The position numbers and the translations under genes were made by a program. From positions 59,167-123,166 of the forward strand of contig CACFKF010000001.1 in the NCBI GenBank assembly GCA_902566775.1: a stretch of 64,000 bases of DNA. Reading direction: 5' to 3'. The notes under the pieces were generated by a model. The model saw nothing but the letters and a program-made list of their open reading frames with translations, did not search any database and was not told the DNA's origin. This DNA comes from an uncultured Pelagibacteraceae bacterium. Its GTDB lineage: Bacteria > Pseudomonadota > Alphaproteobacteria > Pelagibacterales > Pelagibacteraceae. This document shows positions 48,809 through 57,325 of the stretch, in pieces; the first letter of the stretch is position 1; each line of letters starts with the position of its first letter.

Positions 48809-51130
48809 ATGGAACTAGTAGATAAAGCAAAAAAAGTTTTTAGATCAAGTGTAGATACTTCTTCAAACAAGTATCTTATGGTGCCAATTTTTATTTTCTT
48901 TTCACTATTAATTTTTGCAATGATAAGAAGTCCAATTATAATATCACAATCAGGTATTGGAAGTGCAATAATTCTTAGCGCTCCTCTAATATTAACGACT
49001 TATGCTTTAACATTTATAGTTATGGCTGGAAGAGGTGGAGTCGACTTGTCTATTGGTCCGTTTATGGGTTTTATAAATGTTAGCAGTATTCAATTGTATG
49101 CTCATGGTTATCTACAAACTCCTATTGGTTGGTTCATCTACGCAATTGTTATAGGATTAATTTGGCAATTTTTTTATGCATTGATTGTAGTATTTGTAAG
49201 AGTTTCACCAATTATAGTAGCTTTAGCTGGGTATCTTGCATTCACTGGAATAAATCTAGTTATTCTATCTCGTCCTGGAGGTATTGCACCAGATTGGTTA
49301 ATACCTTGGGGAGAAGGCTTTACAATATTTAATGAAATATTGCTTCTGATGGTTTTGGCAACAATTTTATTTTATATCATCACTCACACTGCCTTTTGGG
49401 GTCATTTAAAACTAATGGGCTCTGATGAGCGTGCCGCTTTTACAAGTGGTGTTAAAATTAACTGGGTAAGAATAGTTGCACACTTAATAGCTGGAGTTTT
49501 TGCGGCTTTATCTGCAATATGTTTTACCGCTCTAGTTGGTTCTGGAGATCCTATACAAGGAACTAAGTATACACTTTTGGGAGTAACAGCACTGGTTCTT
49601 GGAGGTGCTAGTCTTGTAGGTGGCAGAGGTGGTGCTTTCGGAGCTATTTTAGGAGCTGGAAATCTTTATTTGATAAATTATATTTTAGTTACATTTAGAT
49701 TTGAAAGATTACAAAGTTTTGTATCTGACTTATCCTATGGAGCTGTCTTAGTTATTGCTTTGCTTGTCAGTCTTATTCTCCCCTACGTACAAAGAGTTAC
49801 AAAAGGATTGTCTGTAATGGTATTTTTTATTCTTATGTCTTTTGCAGGATTATTTGTTGTGCTTCACCAAGTTTATGACCAGCCCATTGTTATTGAAGCT
49901 GAATTAAAAGAAGACACAGACGAAGCTTCGAAAGCTTATCAACGAGGTCAAAAAGTACGTAAATTAGATGCAACAGGTAATATTATAGTTGAAGAAGGTG
50001 AGGCAGGAACTACTACTGGAACAGGAACAAAACAAGGTGGATCATTAGCTGGTCATTCGGTCGTCCGATTTACTGAAACTCCAGGAACAATAGTGTTTTA
50101 TGTGATTATTGGAATTGCAGGTCTTGCCCTTCTTCTTTACTTGCTCACAGTTCACAGAGGTCCCTCAACCGTATCTTTTGCTGTTATTGTTGCTATCATA
50201 GTTGCAGGTTTAATTTTTGATCCTGAAGATAAAGAAAAAGATTTGTTAAAAGATACTGAAAAGATAAGCATTCAGTCAGGACAAACAAGTAGTATCGAAA
50301 CTTCTTCGCCCAAATATTTTAGTCTTGAAAAGATTGATTATTTCTCAAATTTATCTATTTCAGGAACAACGTATAGTATAATTTATATTGCTGGAGTTGT
50401 TCTACTTGCTTCTTTAATAGTAATAGCAATGTTGCCGCAATTTAACAATCGAACAAAATCAACCGCCATGCTTTTCTTTCTAGCTGCTTTGACAATGGTT
50501 GTTTTAAAAGGTGTTTCTTATAATAATTTGATTGAAAGTGCCGATAAAAGCTTTTTTGGTATCCAAGGGTACGGTGTGATATTAACGATATTATTACTTT
50601 TTGTTATCACAGCTCCTTTTGTTCACTCTAGAATAAAAAACCTTACAAATGTTTATATTTTTGGATTCGGTATTTTAGCTATTCTTGCAACTTATTTTGT
50701 GGGAGGAAATACTTTTATTTCCAATGACGCTTCTCTTTATCAATCTCAGATAATAAGTGAGTTAAATATTGGTGACTTGTCTCAAGTAAAATATGAAGGA
50801 CCAAAAAGATTTTTTTATGAAATTATAAGAAGTGGATATTCACAAATAGCTTTCAGTATTCTTGCTGTTTTTTTACTACAATACTTTTTATTTTTAAATA
50901 TGAATCACAAAGCGAGCTATAAAAGGTTCGCTCCTTATATGTATATAGTAATCTTTGCAGCTCTTTTATGGTCTGCAATATTTTACTCAATTGGATATTC
51001 GTTTTATAAAATAATTGCTGTATTCGCCATTGGAATACCTTTAACTCCATTGGTTTGGCAATTTATGAGTGTTTATAGGGAAAAAATTGCGCGTGATAGA
51101 CAATTAAGTCAATGGGAAGAGGTAAAATAA
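48809..51130 (+). CDS. Sugar-type (RbsC-like) ABC permease with a very large C-terminal membrane extension
   Basis: GGVDLSIG, GSDERAAFTSGV and LGGASLVGGRG in the first 330 or so aa, then about 440 aa with many more hydrophobic helices and charged loops. Confidence 0.82.
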   Translation: MELVDKAKKVFRSSVDTSSNKYLMVPIFIFFSLLIFAMIRSPIIISQSGIGSAIILSAPLILTTYALTFIVMAGRGGVDLSIGPFMGFINVSSIQLYAHGYLQTPIGWFIYAIVIGLIWQFFYALIVVFVRVSPIIVALAGYLAFTGINLVILSRPGGIAPDWLIPWGEGFTIFNEILLLMVLATILFYIITHTAFWGHLKLMGSDERAAFTSGVKINWVRIVAHLIAGVFAALSAICFTALVGSGDPIQGTKYTLLGVTALVLGGASLVGGRGGAFGAILGAGNLYLINYILVTFRFERLQSFVSDLSYGAVLVIALLVSLILPYVQRVTKGLSVMVFFILMSFAGLFVVLHQVYDQPIVIEAELKEDTDEASKAYQRGQKVRKLDATGNIIVEEGEAGTTTGTGTKQGGSLAGHSVVRFTETPGTIVFYVIIGIAGLALLLYLLTVHRGPSTVSFAVIVAIIVAGLIFDPEDKEKDLLKDTEKISIQSGQTSSIETSSPKYFSLEKIDYFSNLSISGTTYSIIYIAGVVLLASLIVIAMLPQFNNRTKSTAMLFFLAALTMVVLKGVSYNNLIESADKSFFGIQGYGVILTILLLFVITAPFVHSRIKNLTNVYIFGFGILAILATYFVGGNTFISNDASLYQSQIISELNIGDLSQVKYEGPKRFFYEIIRSGYSQIAFSILAVFLLQYFLFLNMNHKASYKRFAPYMYIVIFAALLWSAIFYSIGYSFYKIIAVFAIGIPLTPLVWQFMSVYREKIARDRQLSQWEEVK

Positions 51131-51131
51131 A

Positions 51132-52547
51132 ATGAAAAGATCAGCTTTTCTTTTCTTTAAAGGCTTAGGGTTATTGTTTGCAATATTATGCGGTATAGGT
51201 ACTGCGGTATTGGGTTGGTTTGACGGTGCTGACTGGATGAATATTGTAACTTATTCTATAGCAGTAACTGGCTTAATATTATGGGGATGGTATCATTTTT
51301 CTATTAGATGGATAGATAGTGATTTAAAGCAAAATATATTTACTAAATTTCCAAAAGAAGAGAAAATTGAAGGTAAAGAAATTTCTGATGAAGAATCAGA
51401 AGAAAATTTCTTCTTTAAAACTATTCGCGATAATAAATGGAAAACATTAGCTTTTATCTTATTAATACTAATCTTTATTTTTGTATCATTTATTGCTGAA
51501 GGTTTCTTTTCCGGTCGTACCTTAGTATCTTTTTTAATATTTCTAGGATTTATCATATTAATGGGGGTTGTTGGACAATACATAACCGCTCAAAAAAGTG
51601 TTTTCATTGGTATTTGCGTATTAATCGGACTATTTATATTAGGATCGCTAACCATAAATGGGTTTCTTTCAATGTTAAACATGAAATCAATGCTAGTGTT
51701 TGCAGCATTTTTAGGTTTAGCCACAGTAGGTCAAACATTTGTTGCATTATTAGGTGGTCTTGATTTGTCAATACCATTTTTAATAGGAGCATCTAACGTT
51801 GCGTTAATGTCTTTAATTTCTAAAGGTGTGCCTCCATGGTTAGCTTTGGTTGCTGTGTTGCTATTGGGATTAATAATAGGATTAATAAATGGCATATTAA
51901 GTTTTAGGCTGCAAGGCCAAGCACTAATACTAACTCTGGGTGTTGGTTTTTTTGTTAAAGGAGGAGTTCAAATTCTTGTAGCAATGGGTACTTTTTCTGC
52001 AGGCACAGTTTTTGGTGTTGTGCCAGATTGGATGAGAAACATTGCCTCTATGAATGGTAAAACTATAGGACTACCTATTCCTCCCATTATTTTAATTTGG
52101 ATTGTCGCTTCTATAATAATAATTGTTGCTCTTCGTCTAACTAAATGGGGAAGAAATCTTTATGCTCTTGGAGGAAATCGTTTGTCATCAGCAAGGCTAT
52201 CTATTTCTGAAAGAGGATATTGGGTTGGCGCTTATGTAATCAGTGGTTTTTTTGCATCTTTAACTGGTGCATTGTTGCTTGGATGGAGTGGAGGTGGTTT
52301 TATAGGGGTTGGTGATACGTATCTATTTTTAACAATTGCTGCCGTTGTTGTAGGGGGGACTTCTTTATTAGGAGGTTATGGTGGCTATGGATTGAGCGTA
52401 ATAGGAGTTATGATTTTGCAAGTAATTACAACAGTGCTAATTGGCTGGGGTCTAAAATGGGAAGCTCAACAATTTATATTGGGCTTATTAATTATACCAA
52501 TGGTTGCTCTATACGCTAGATCGCCACATATTAGATCGCAGATTTAA
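51132..52547 (+). CDS. Sugar-type (RbsC-like) ABC permease with an N-terminal membrane extension
   Basis: GQTFVALLGGLDLSI, WGRNLYALGGN and AAVVVGGTSLLGGYG, preceded by about 150 extra aa with additional TM helices. Confidence 0.85.
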   Translation: MKRSAFLFFKGLGLLFAILCGIGTAVLGWFDGADWMNIVTYSIAVTGLILWGWYHFSIRWIDSDLKQNIFTKFPKEEKIEGKEISDEESEENFFFKTIRDNKWKTLAFILLILIFIFVSFIAEGFFSGRTLVSFLIFLGFIILMGVVGQYITAQKSVFIGICVLIGLFILGSLTINGFLSMLNMKSMLVFAAFLGLATVGQTFVALLGGLDLSIPFLIGASNVALMSLISKGVPPWLALVAVLLLGLIIGLINGILSFRLQGQALILTLGVGFFVKGGVQILVAMGTFSAGTVFGVVPDWMRNIASMNGKTIGLPIPPIILIWIVASIIIIVALRLTKWGRNLYALGGNRLSSARLSISERGYWVGAYVISGFFASLTGALLLGWSGGGFIGVGDTYLFLTIAAVVVGGTSLLGGYGGYGLSVIGVMILQVITTVLIGWGLKWEAQQFILGLLIIPMVALYARSPHIRSQI

Positions 52548-52562
52548 AACTGGAGAATAAAA

Positions 52563-53282
52563 ATGACAAAAATAAATTGTGATATGGGTGAAAGTTTTGG
52601 AATTTACAATGCAGGTAATGATGAAGAAATAATGCCTTTAATAGATGTTGCTAATGTTGCATGCGGCTTTCACGCATCAGATCCAAATCATATGAGAAAA
52701 ACAGTAGAGTTGGCAAAAAAAAATAAAGTTAAAGTAGGAGCTCATCCATCTTTTCCAGACTTACAAGGTTTTGGAAGAAGAGAAATGAAAATGCCAAAAT
52801 TAGATTTAAAAAATATGATAATGTATCAGGTTGGTGCTCTTAAAGCTTTTTTAGATGAATTAAATATGCCTCTAAATCATATAAAGCCCCATGGCTCATT
52901 ATATGTTATGGCTTCAAAAGATGAAGAAATTGCCCGAGCAATTGCTGATGCTGTTGAAGCTTTTGATGTTAGTATTTTTGGAATGGCAAATACTGCTCAT
53001 GAAAGAGTTTATAAAGATGAGAGAAAATTAGATTTTGTTGCTGAGTTTTATGCTGATCTAGATTATGACAAGGAAGGTAGACTTGTAATAGCAAAAGGGA
53101 AAAATTCTAAATATGATAGCAAACTAGCTGTGAAACGTTGCTTGCGAGCTATTTCGGAAAAAAAAGTTAAGAATACTAGCGGCACCGATACTAATGTTGG
53201 ATGCGATATAATATGTGTTCATTCTGATACGCCTAACGCTGTCGAAATAATAAAAAGTTTAAAAAAAGCTCTTAAAAAATAA
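52563..53282 (+). CDS. pxpA: LamB/YcsF (PxpA) family protein, paralog 2
   Basis: INCDMGESFG, NVACGFHASDP, GAHPSFPDLQGFGRR, HIKPHGSLY and CVHSDTP. Confidence 0.85.
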   Translation: MTKINCDMGESFGIYNAGNDEEIMPLIDVANVACGFHASDPNHMRKTVELAKKNKVKVGAHPSFPDLQGFGRREMKMPKLDLKNMIMYQVGALKAFLDELNMPLNHIKPHGSLYVMASKDEEIARAIADAVEAFDVSIFGMANTAHERVYKDERKLDFVAEFYADLDYDKEGRLVIAKGKNSKYDSKLAVKRCLRAISEKKVKNTSGTDTNVGCDIICVHSDTPNAVEIIKSLKKALKK

Positions 53283-53287
53283 ACCAA

Positions 53288-55744
53288 ATGAAAAAAATTC
53301 TAATTGCAAACCGTGGGGAAATTGCCTGCAGAATTATTGACAGTTGTAAAAAATTAAAATTTCATTCAATTGCAGTTTATTCCGATGTAGATAAGAATAG
53401 TAAACACGTTAGAAAAGCTGATGAATCAATCCATATAGGTCCTTCAAAAGCCCAGGATAGCTATCTATCGGCAGATAAAATAATTGAAGCTGCTAAAAAA
53501 ATAAAAGCTGATGCTATTCATCCTGGTTATGGTTTTCTTGCAGAAAATAATAAATTTGCACAAAAAGTGATTAACGCTGGCATTGTATGGATAGGGCCTA
53601 AGCCAAACACTATAGTGTCTATGGGCAATAAAGATATAGCTAGAGATTTAGCTTTAAAAAGTAAACTTCCAATTTGTCCAGGTTTAAACAACAAAGATTT
53701 AGAAAAAGATGATTTAGAACAAAAATGTAATCAAATTGGCTTTCCAATTCTAGTAAAAGCAAGTGCTGGTGGTGGTGGAATAGGAATGCAAATCGTAAAT
53801 AATTATAATGAATTGGTTAAATCTATAGAAAAAACAAAAAATTTAGCAAAGAAGGCTTTTGGCAATAGTGATGTTTTTTTAGAAAAATTTATAAAAAATG
53901 CAAGACATATAGAAATACAAATATTTGGTTTTGGTGAAAAAAAAGCTGTTCATTTCTATGAAAGAGATTGTTCAATACAAAGAAGATTTCAAAAAATTAT
54001 AGAGGAAAGTCCAGCTCCAAATGTTAAGCCAGATATTATAAATAAAATGGCAGAAAGTGCTGTAAACTTTGCTACCAACCAAAAATATGAAGGTGCTGGA
54101 ACAATAGAATTTATTTACGATGTAGATGAAAAAAAATTCTATTTTTTGGAAATGAATACAAGAATCCAAGTAGAACATCCTGTTACAGAAAGCATAACAA
54201 ATTCGGATTTAGTTGAAATGCAAATTAAGTTTGCATTGGGAATTGATATAGACTTAACAGAACAAAATAAAATAAATAAAGTCGGTCATGCTATTGAATG
54301 CCGATTGTATGCTGAAGATCCATCGAAAAATTTTCTTCCTTCTCCTGGAAAAATTTCAAAACTTAAAGTTCCAAACATCGGTTTTACAAATATTAGATTA
54401 GATATTGGCGTTGATGAAGGAGATGAAATATCTTTTTATTATGATCCAATGATAGCAAAAATTATTTCTAAAGGCTCTAGTAGAAATGAAAGTATTAATA
54501 ACATGATAGAATATTTAAAAGAATTTGAAATTGAAGGAATTAATACTAATAAATCTTTTTTAGTATCTGTTCTTCAAAACAAAAGTTTTGAACAGGCAAA
54601 TTTTAATACAAAGTTTATTGAAAATAATTTGTCCTCATTTATTAATAAAAAAGAAGATGCTTTGCCAATTAAAAAACAAAGTGATGAAAAAAATAAACAA
54701 AAATACAGCGATAAAGATGTAAAAGCATTTGAAAAAATTATTGCTAAAACTCCTAAAAGCAAAAATGGTCAAGGCTATACTGAAAAAGATTTAAAAACTT
54801 TTGATAATATTGTTTCTTCGAAGAAGAAAAAAATAGAAACTGAAATAAAAACTGAAGTTAAAAATGTTCCGGGTAAAATTTATGATGCACCTAAATTTTT
54901 GCCAGCCGGTGATAAATACATGCTTATTGAGTTCGGCAATATTATGAATTTAGAATTAAATTTTACTGCACAAAACTTAGCTAAAGCAATTAAAGATCAT
55001 AAAGTTAAAGGAGTTTATGAAACATCCCCATGCTTCGCTTCAATGCTAGTGCATTATGAGCCCGAAGAGATAAAATTTAATGACTTAAAAAATGAACTTA
55101 AATCTCTTGTCGACTCCCTGGGACCTTCTGATGAAATAGAAATTAATAGTAGGATTTTTTCTTTTCCTACAGTTTATCTTGATAAATGGACAAAAGAATG
55201 TGTTGAAGATTATTCAAATAAAATAGTAAAAAAAAAACCTGACCCTGAACTTATTACAGAACTAAATAATCTTGAAAGTACGGAACAGTTTGTAAGAGTA
55301 CATTCTGGAACCGAATATTGGGTTTCTGCTATAGGTTTTTGGCCTGGTCTACCTTTTATGATGGCTCTTGACCCAAGGTGCAAGCTTACAGTTCCAAAAT
55401 ATAACCCTCCACGCACATGGACACCAAAAGGAACTGTTGGAATGGGTGGCGCTTCTACATCAATTTATCCCGATAGATTGCCTGGTGGATACCAAATTTT
55501 TGGCATTATTCCTGTTCCGATATGGGATACAAAAAAAAGTTTTCCAGTATTTGAAAATAATATTTGTCTTTTTCAACCAGGAGATAGAGTAAAATTTATT
55601 CCTACGACATATGAAGAATTTGATCATGTTTCAAAAAAAGTAGAAGATGGAACTTACGATTATAATATTGTTGAATATCAAAAATTTTCAGTAAAAAATT
55701 ATAAAAAATGGTTAACTACAATTGACCAAACAAAAAGGTTCTAA
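53288..55744 (+). CDS. Fusion of biotin carboxylase and a PxpB/AHS1 carboxyltransferase domain with a repeat-bearing linker
   Basis: ANRGEIA, HPGYGFLAE, GGGGIGM, RDCSIQRR, EMNTRIQVEHP and YDPMIAK; a charged linker; then AGDKYMLIEFG, GFWPGLPF, KYNPPRTWTP and PGGYQIFG. Confidence 0.88.
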   Translation: MKKILIANRGEIACRIIDSCKKLKFHSIAVYSDVDKNSKHVRKADESIHIGPSKAQDSYLSADKIIEAAKKIKADAIHPGYGFLAENNKFAQKVINAGIVWIGPKPNTIVSMGNKDIARDLALKSKLPICPGLNNKDLEKDDLEQKCNQIGFPILVKASAGGGGIGMQIVNNYNELVKSIEKTKNLAKKAFGNSDVFLEKFIKNARHIEIQIFGFGEKKAVHFYERDCSIQRRFQKIIEESPAPNVKPDIINKMAESAVNFATNQKYEGAGTIEFIYDVDEKKFYFLEMNTRIQVEHPVTESITNSDLVEMQIKFALGIDIDLTEQNKINKVGHAIECRLYAEDPSKNFLPSPGKISKLKVPNIGFTNIRLDIGVDEGDEISFYYDPMIAKIISKGSSRNESINNMIEYLKEFEIEGINTNKSFLVSVLQNKSFEQANFNTKFIENNLSSFINKKEDALPIKKQSDEKNKQKYSDKDVKAFEKIIAKTPKSKNGQGYTEKDLKTFDNIVSSKKKKIETEIKTEVKNVPGKIYDAPKFLPAGDKYMLIEFGNIMNLELNFTAQNLAKAIKDHKVKGVYETSPCFASMLVHYEPEEIKFNDLKNELKSLVDSLGPSDEIEINSRIFSFPTVYLDKWTKECVEDYSNKIVKKKPDPELITELNNLESTEQFVRVHSGTEYWVSAIGFWPGLPFMMALDPRCKLTVPKYNPPRTWTPKGTVGMGGASTSIYPDRLPGGYQIFGIIPVPIWDTKKSFPVFENNICLFQPGDRVKFIPTTYEEFDHVSKKVEDGTYDYNIVEYQKFSVKNYKKWLTTIDQTKRF
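54704..54811 (+). repeat. Two copies of peptide motif A in the BC-PxpB linker
   Basis: YSDKDVKAFEKI (54704-54739) and YTEKDLKTFDNI (54776-54811), 24 aa apart. Confidence 0.85.
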
Positions 55745-55749
55745 TATTT

Positions 55750-56877
55750 ATGGTTAAAGTAATTAAAAAAGGTTTAGAAACATCTGTTCAAGATTATCCT
55801 GGAAGAATTGGAACTCTAAATTTAGGCTTTCCACCTTCTGGTCCTATGGACAGCTGGTCCTTTCGACTCGCAAATATTTTAGTTGGGAATGAACCTGGAG
55901 CCGCAGCTTTGGAATGCCAATTTATGGGACCTACTCTTAAGTTTAATGGCGATAGAGTTATTGCTATAACTGGTGCGGACATGTCTCCAAAAATAGATGG
56001 CAATCCAGTTCCTCTATGGGAAAGTTTAAAAGTAAAAAAAGATCAGATTTTAGAAATGACTTTTGCAACAATAGGAGCAAGATCTTACATTGCGTTTTCA
56101 GGTGGAATAAATACCACCCCATGGTTAGGTTCAAGATCAACTTTCCATAAAGCAGGAGTTGGTGGTATTGAAGGAAAAGCAATTCAAGATGGCCAAATTA
56201 TTCCTCTAAACAAATCTAAATCTGTACCAGGAAGAAAAATTAAAAAAAGCTCTATACCAATTATGTCCACAAATAAAAAATGGTCAGTAGAAGTTGTTAA
56301 AGGTCCTAATGATGATTGGGTTGACGAAAAAGGACATAAAATGTTTTTAAATTCTAATTGGAAACTTCAATCTAAGAGTGACAGAACAGGTTATAGGTTG
56401 GAAGGACCAAAATGGTCTTTTACAGAAAAAGCAACTAACAAAGGTTTAGAACATGGAACATTTCCCTCAAATATTATTGATCAGGGATATCCTGTAGGTG
56501 CAATTAATCTGGCTGGACAAACTCCAATTATTTTGGTTAACGATGGCCCAAGCATGGGAGGATTTATTGTTCCTTATACTGTTCCATCAGCTTCTTTTTG
56601 GAAACTTGGACAAGCAAAACCAGGAGATAGTTTTAATTTTGTAGAAATATCTGTTGAGAAGGCTCAAACGTTAAGAACTGAACAAACTATTATTTGTAGT
56701 GAAACCAGTTTAGAATCTTATAAAGATAACAGTGTTCAAATAGGCAACCACCCAACAAAAAAAATTGATCACATTAAAGTAGTAGATTTTGATAAAGAGA
56801 AAATGGATGAAAAAATTAGAAATAAAATAATGGAAAAAAGAGGTATCAAAAATATAAAAGTTCGCTTTTTTAATTAA
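55750..56877 (+). CDS. PxpC/AHS2 biotin-dependent carboxyltransferase family protein with C-terminal motif B tail
   Basis: VQDYPGR, PPSGPMD, GARSYIA, LGSRST, DRTGYRL and DGPSMGG; tail IKVVDFDK...GIKNIKVRFFN. Confidence 0.88.
   Translation: MVKVIKKGLETSVQDYPGRIGTLNLGFPPSGPMDSWSFRLANILVGNEPGAAALECQFMGPTLKFNGDRVIAITGADMSPKIDGNPVPLWESLKVKKDQILEMTFATIGARSYIAFSGGINTTPWLGSRSTFHKAGVGGIEGKAIQDGQIIPLNKSKSVPGRKIKKSSIPIMSTNKKWSVEVVKGPNDDWVDEKGHKMFLNSNWKLQSKSDRTGYRLEGPKWSFTEKATNKGLEHGTFPSNIIDQGYPVGAINLAGQTPIILVNDGPSMGGFIVPYTVPSASFWKLGQAKPGDSFNFVEISVEKAQTLRTEQTIICSETSLESYKDNSVQIGNHPTKKIDHIKVVDFDKEKMDEKIRNKIMEKRGIKNIKVRFFN
56773..56874 (+). repeat. Shared C-terminal peptide tail (motif B), copy in the PxpC-like protein
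   Basis: IKVVDFDK (56773-56796) followed by GIKNIKVRFFN-stop. Confidence 0.85.
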
Positions 56878-56895
56878 AAAATATGAAAAAATTTT

Positions 56896-57114
56896 ATGAC
56901 AACTGAAGTTAAAACAACAGTGCCAGGCAATATGTGGAAAGTTTTGGTGAAAGAAGGAGATACTGTAAAAAAAGGTGACACTTTATTTATTATGGAAGTT
57001 ATGAAAACTGAGGTCCATCACGACGCTCCTGTTGATGGAAAGGTAATTAAAGTTAATGTAGTAAACGATCAAGAAGGTATAGACCCAGGAACAGTAGCTA
57101 TAGTAATTGAATAA
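56896..57114 (+). CDS. Stand-alone biotin carboxyl carrier protein (biotinyl domain)
   Basis: PGNMWKVLVKEGDTVKKGD, biotinylation site variant EVMKT and APVDG. Confidence 0.88.
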   Translation: MTTEVKTTVPGNMWKVLVKEGDTVKKGDTLFIMEVMKTEVHHDAPVDGKVIKVNVVNDQEGIDPGTVAIVIE

Positions 57115-57320
57115 TGAAAAAAAAAACAAAAGAATCTTCTTATTTCACAATAATAAATGATCTTTCTAAAGATATAGGAATATCAAAAGAAGAAACAAAA
57201 AGTTTAGTAGATGTTGCTTTATCCGCTAGCAATCCTAGAGATGTAAATTATGAGCAACTAAAACAAGAAATTACAACATTTTTAGTCATCAATATTTTTT
57301 TTCTTATCAGCAAATTGTAA
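57114..57320 (+). CDS. Small hypothetical helical protein (68 aa)
   Basis: TAATG coupling to BCCP and a 5-nt gap to the GST gene; no family recognised. Confidence 0.65.
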   Translation: MKKKTKESSYFTIINDLSKDIGISKEETKSLVDVALSASNPRDVNYEQLKQEITTFLVINIFFLISKL

Positions 57321-57325
57321 TTTTT

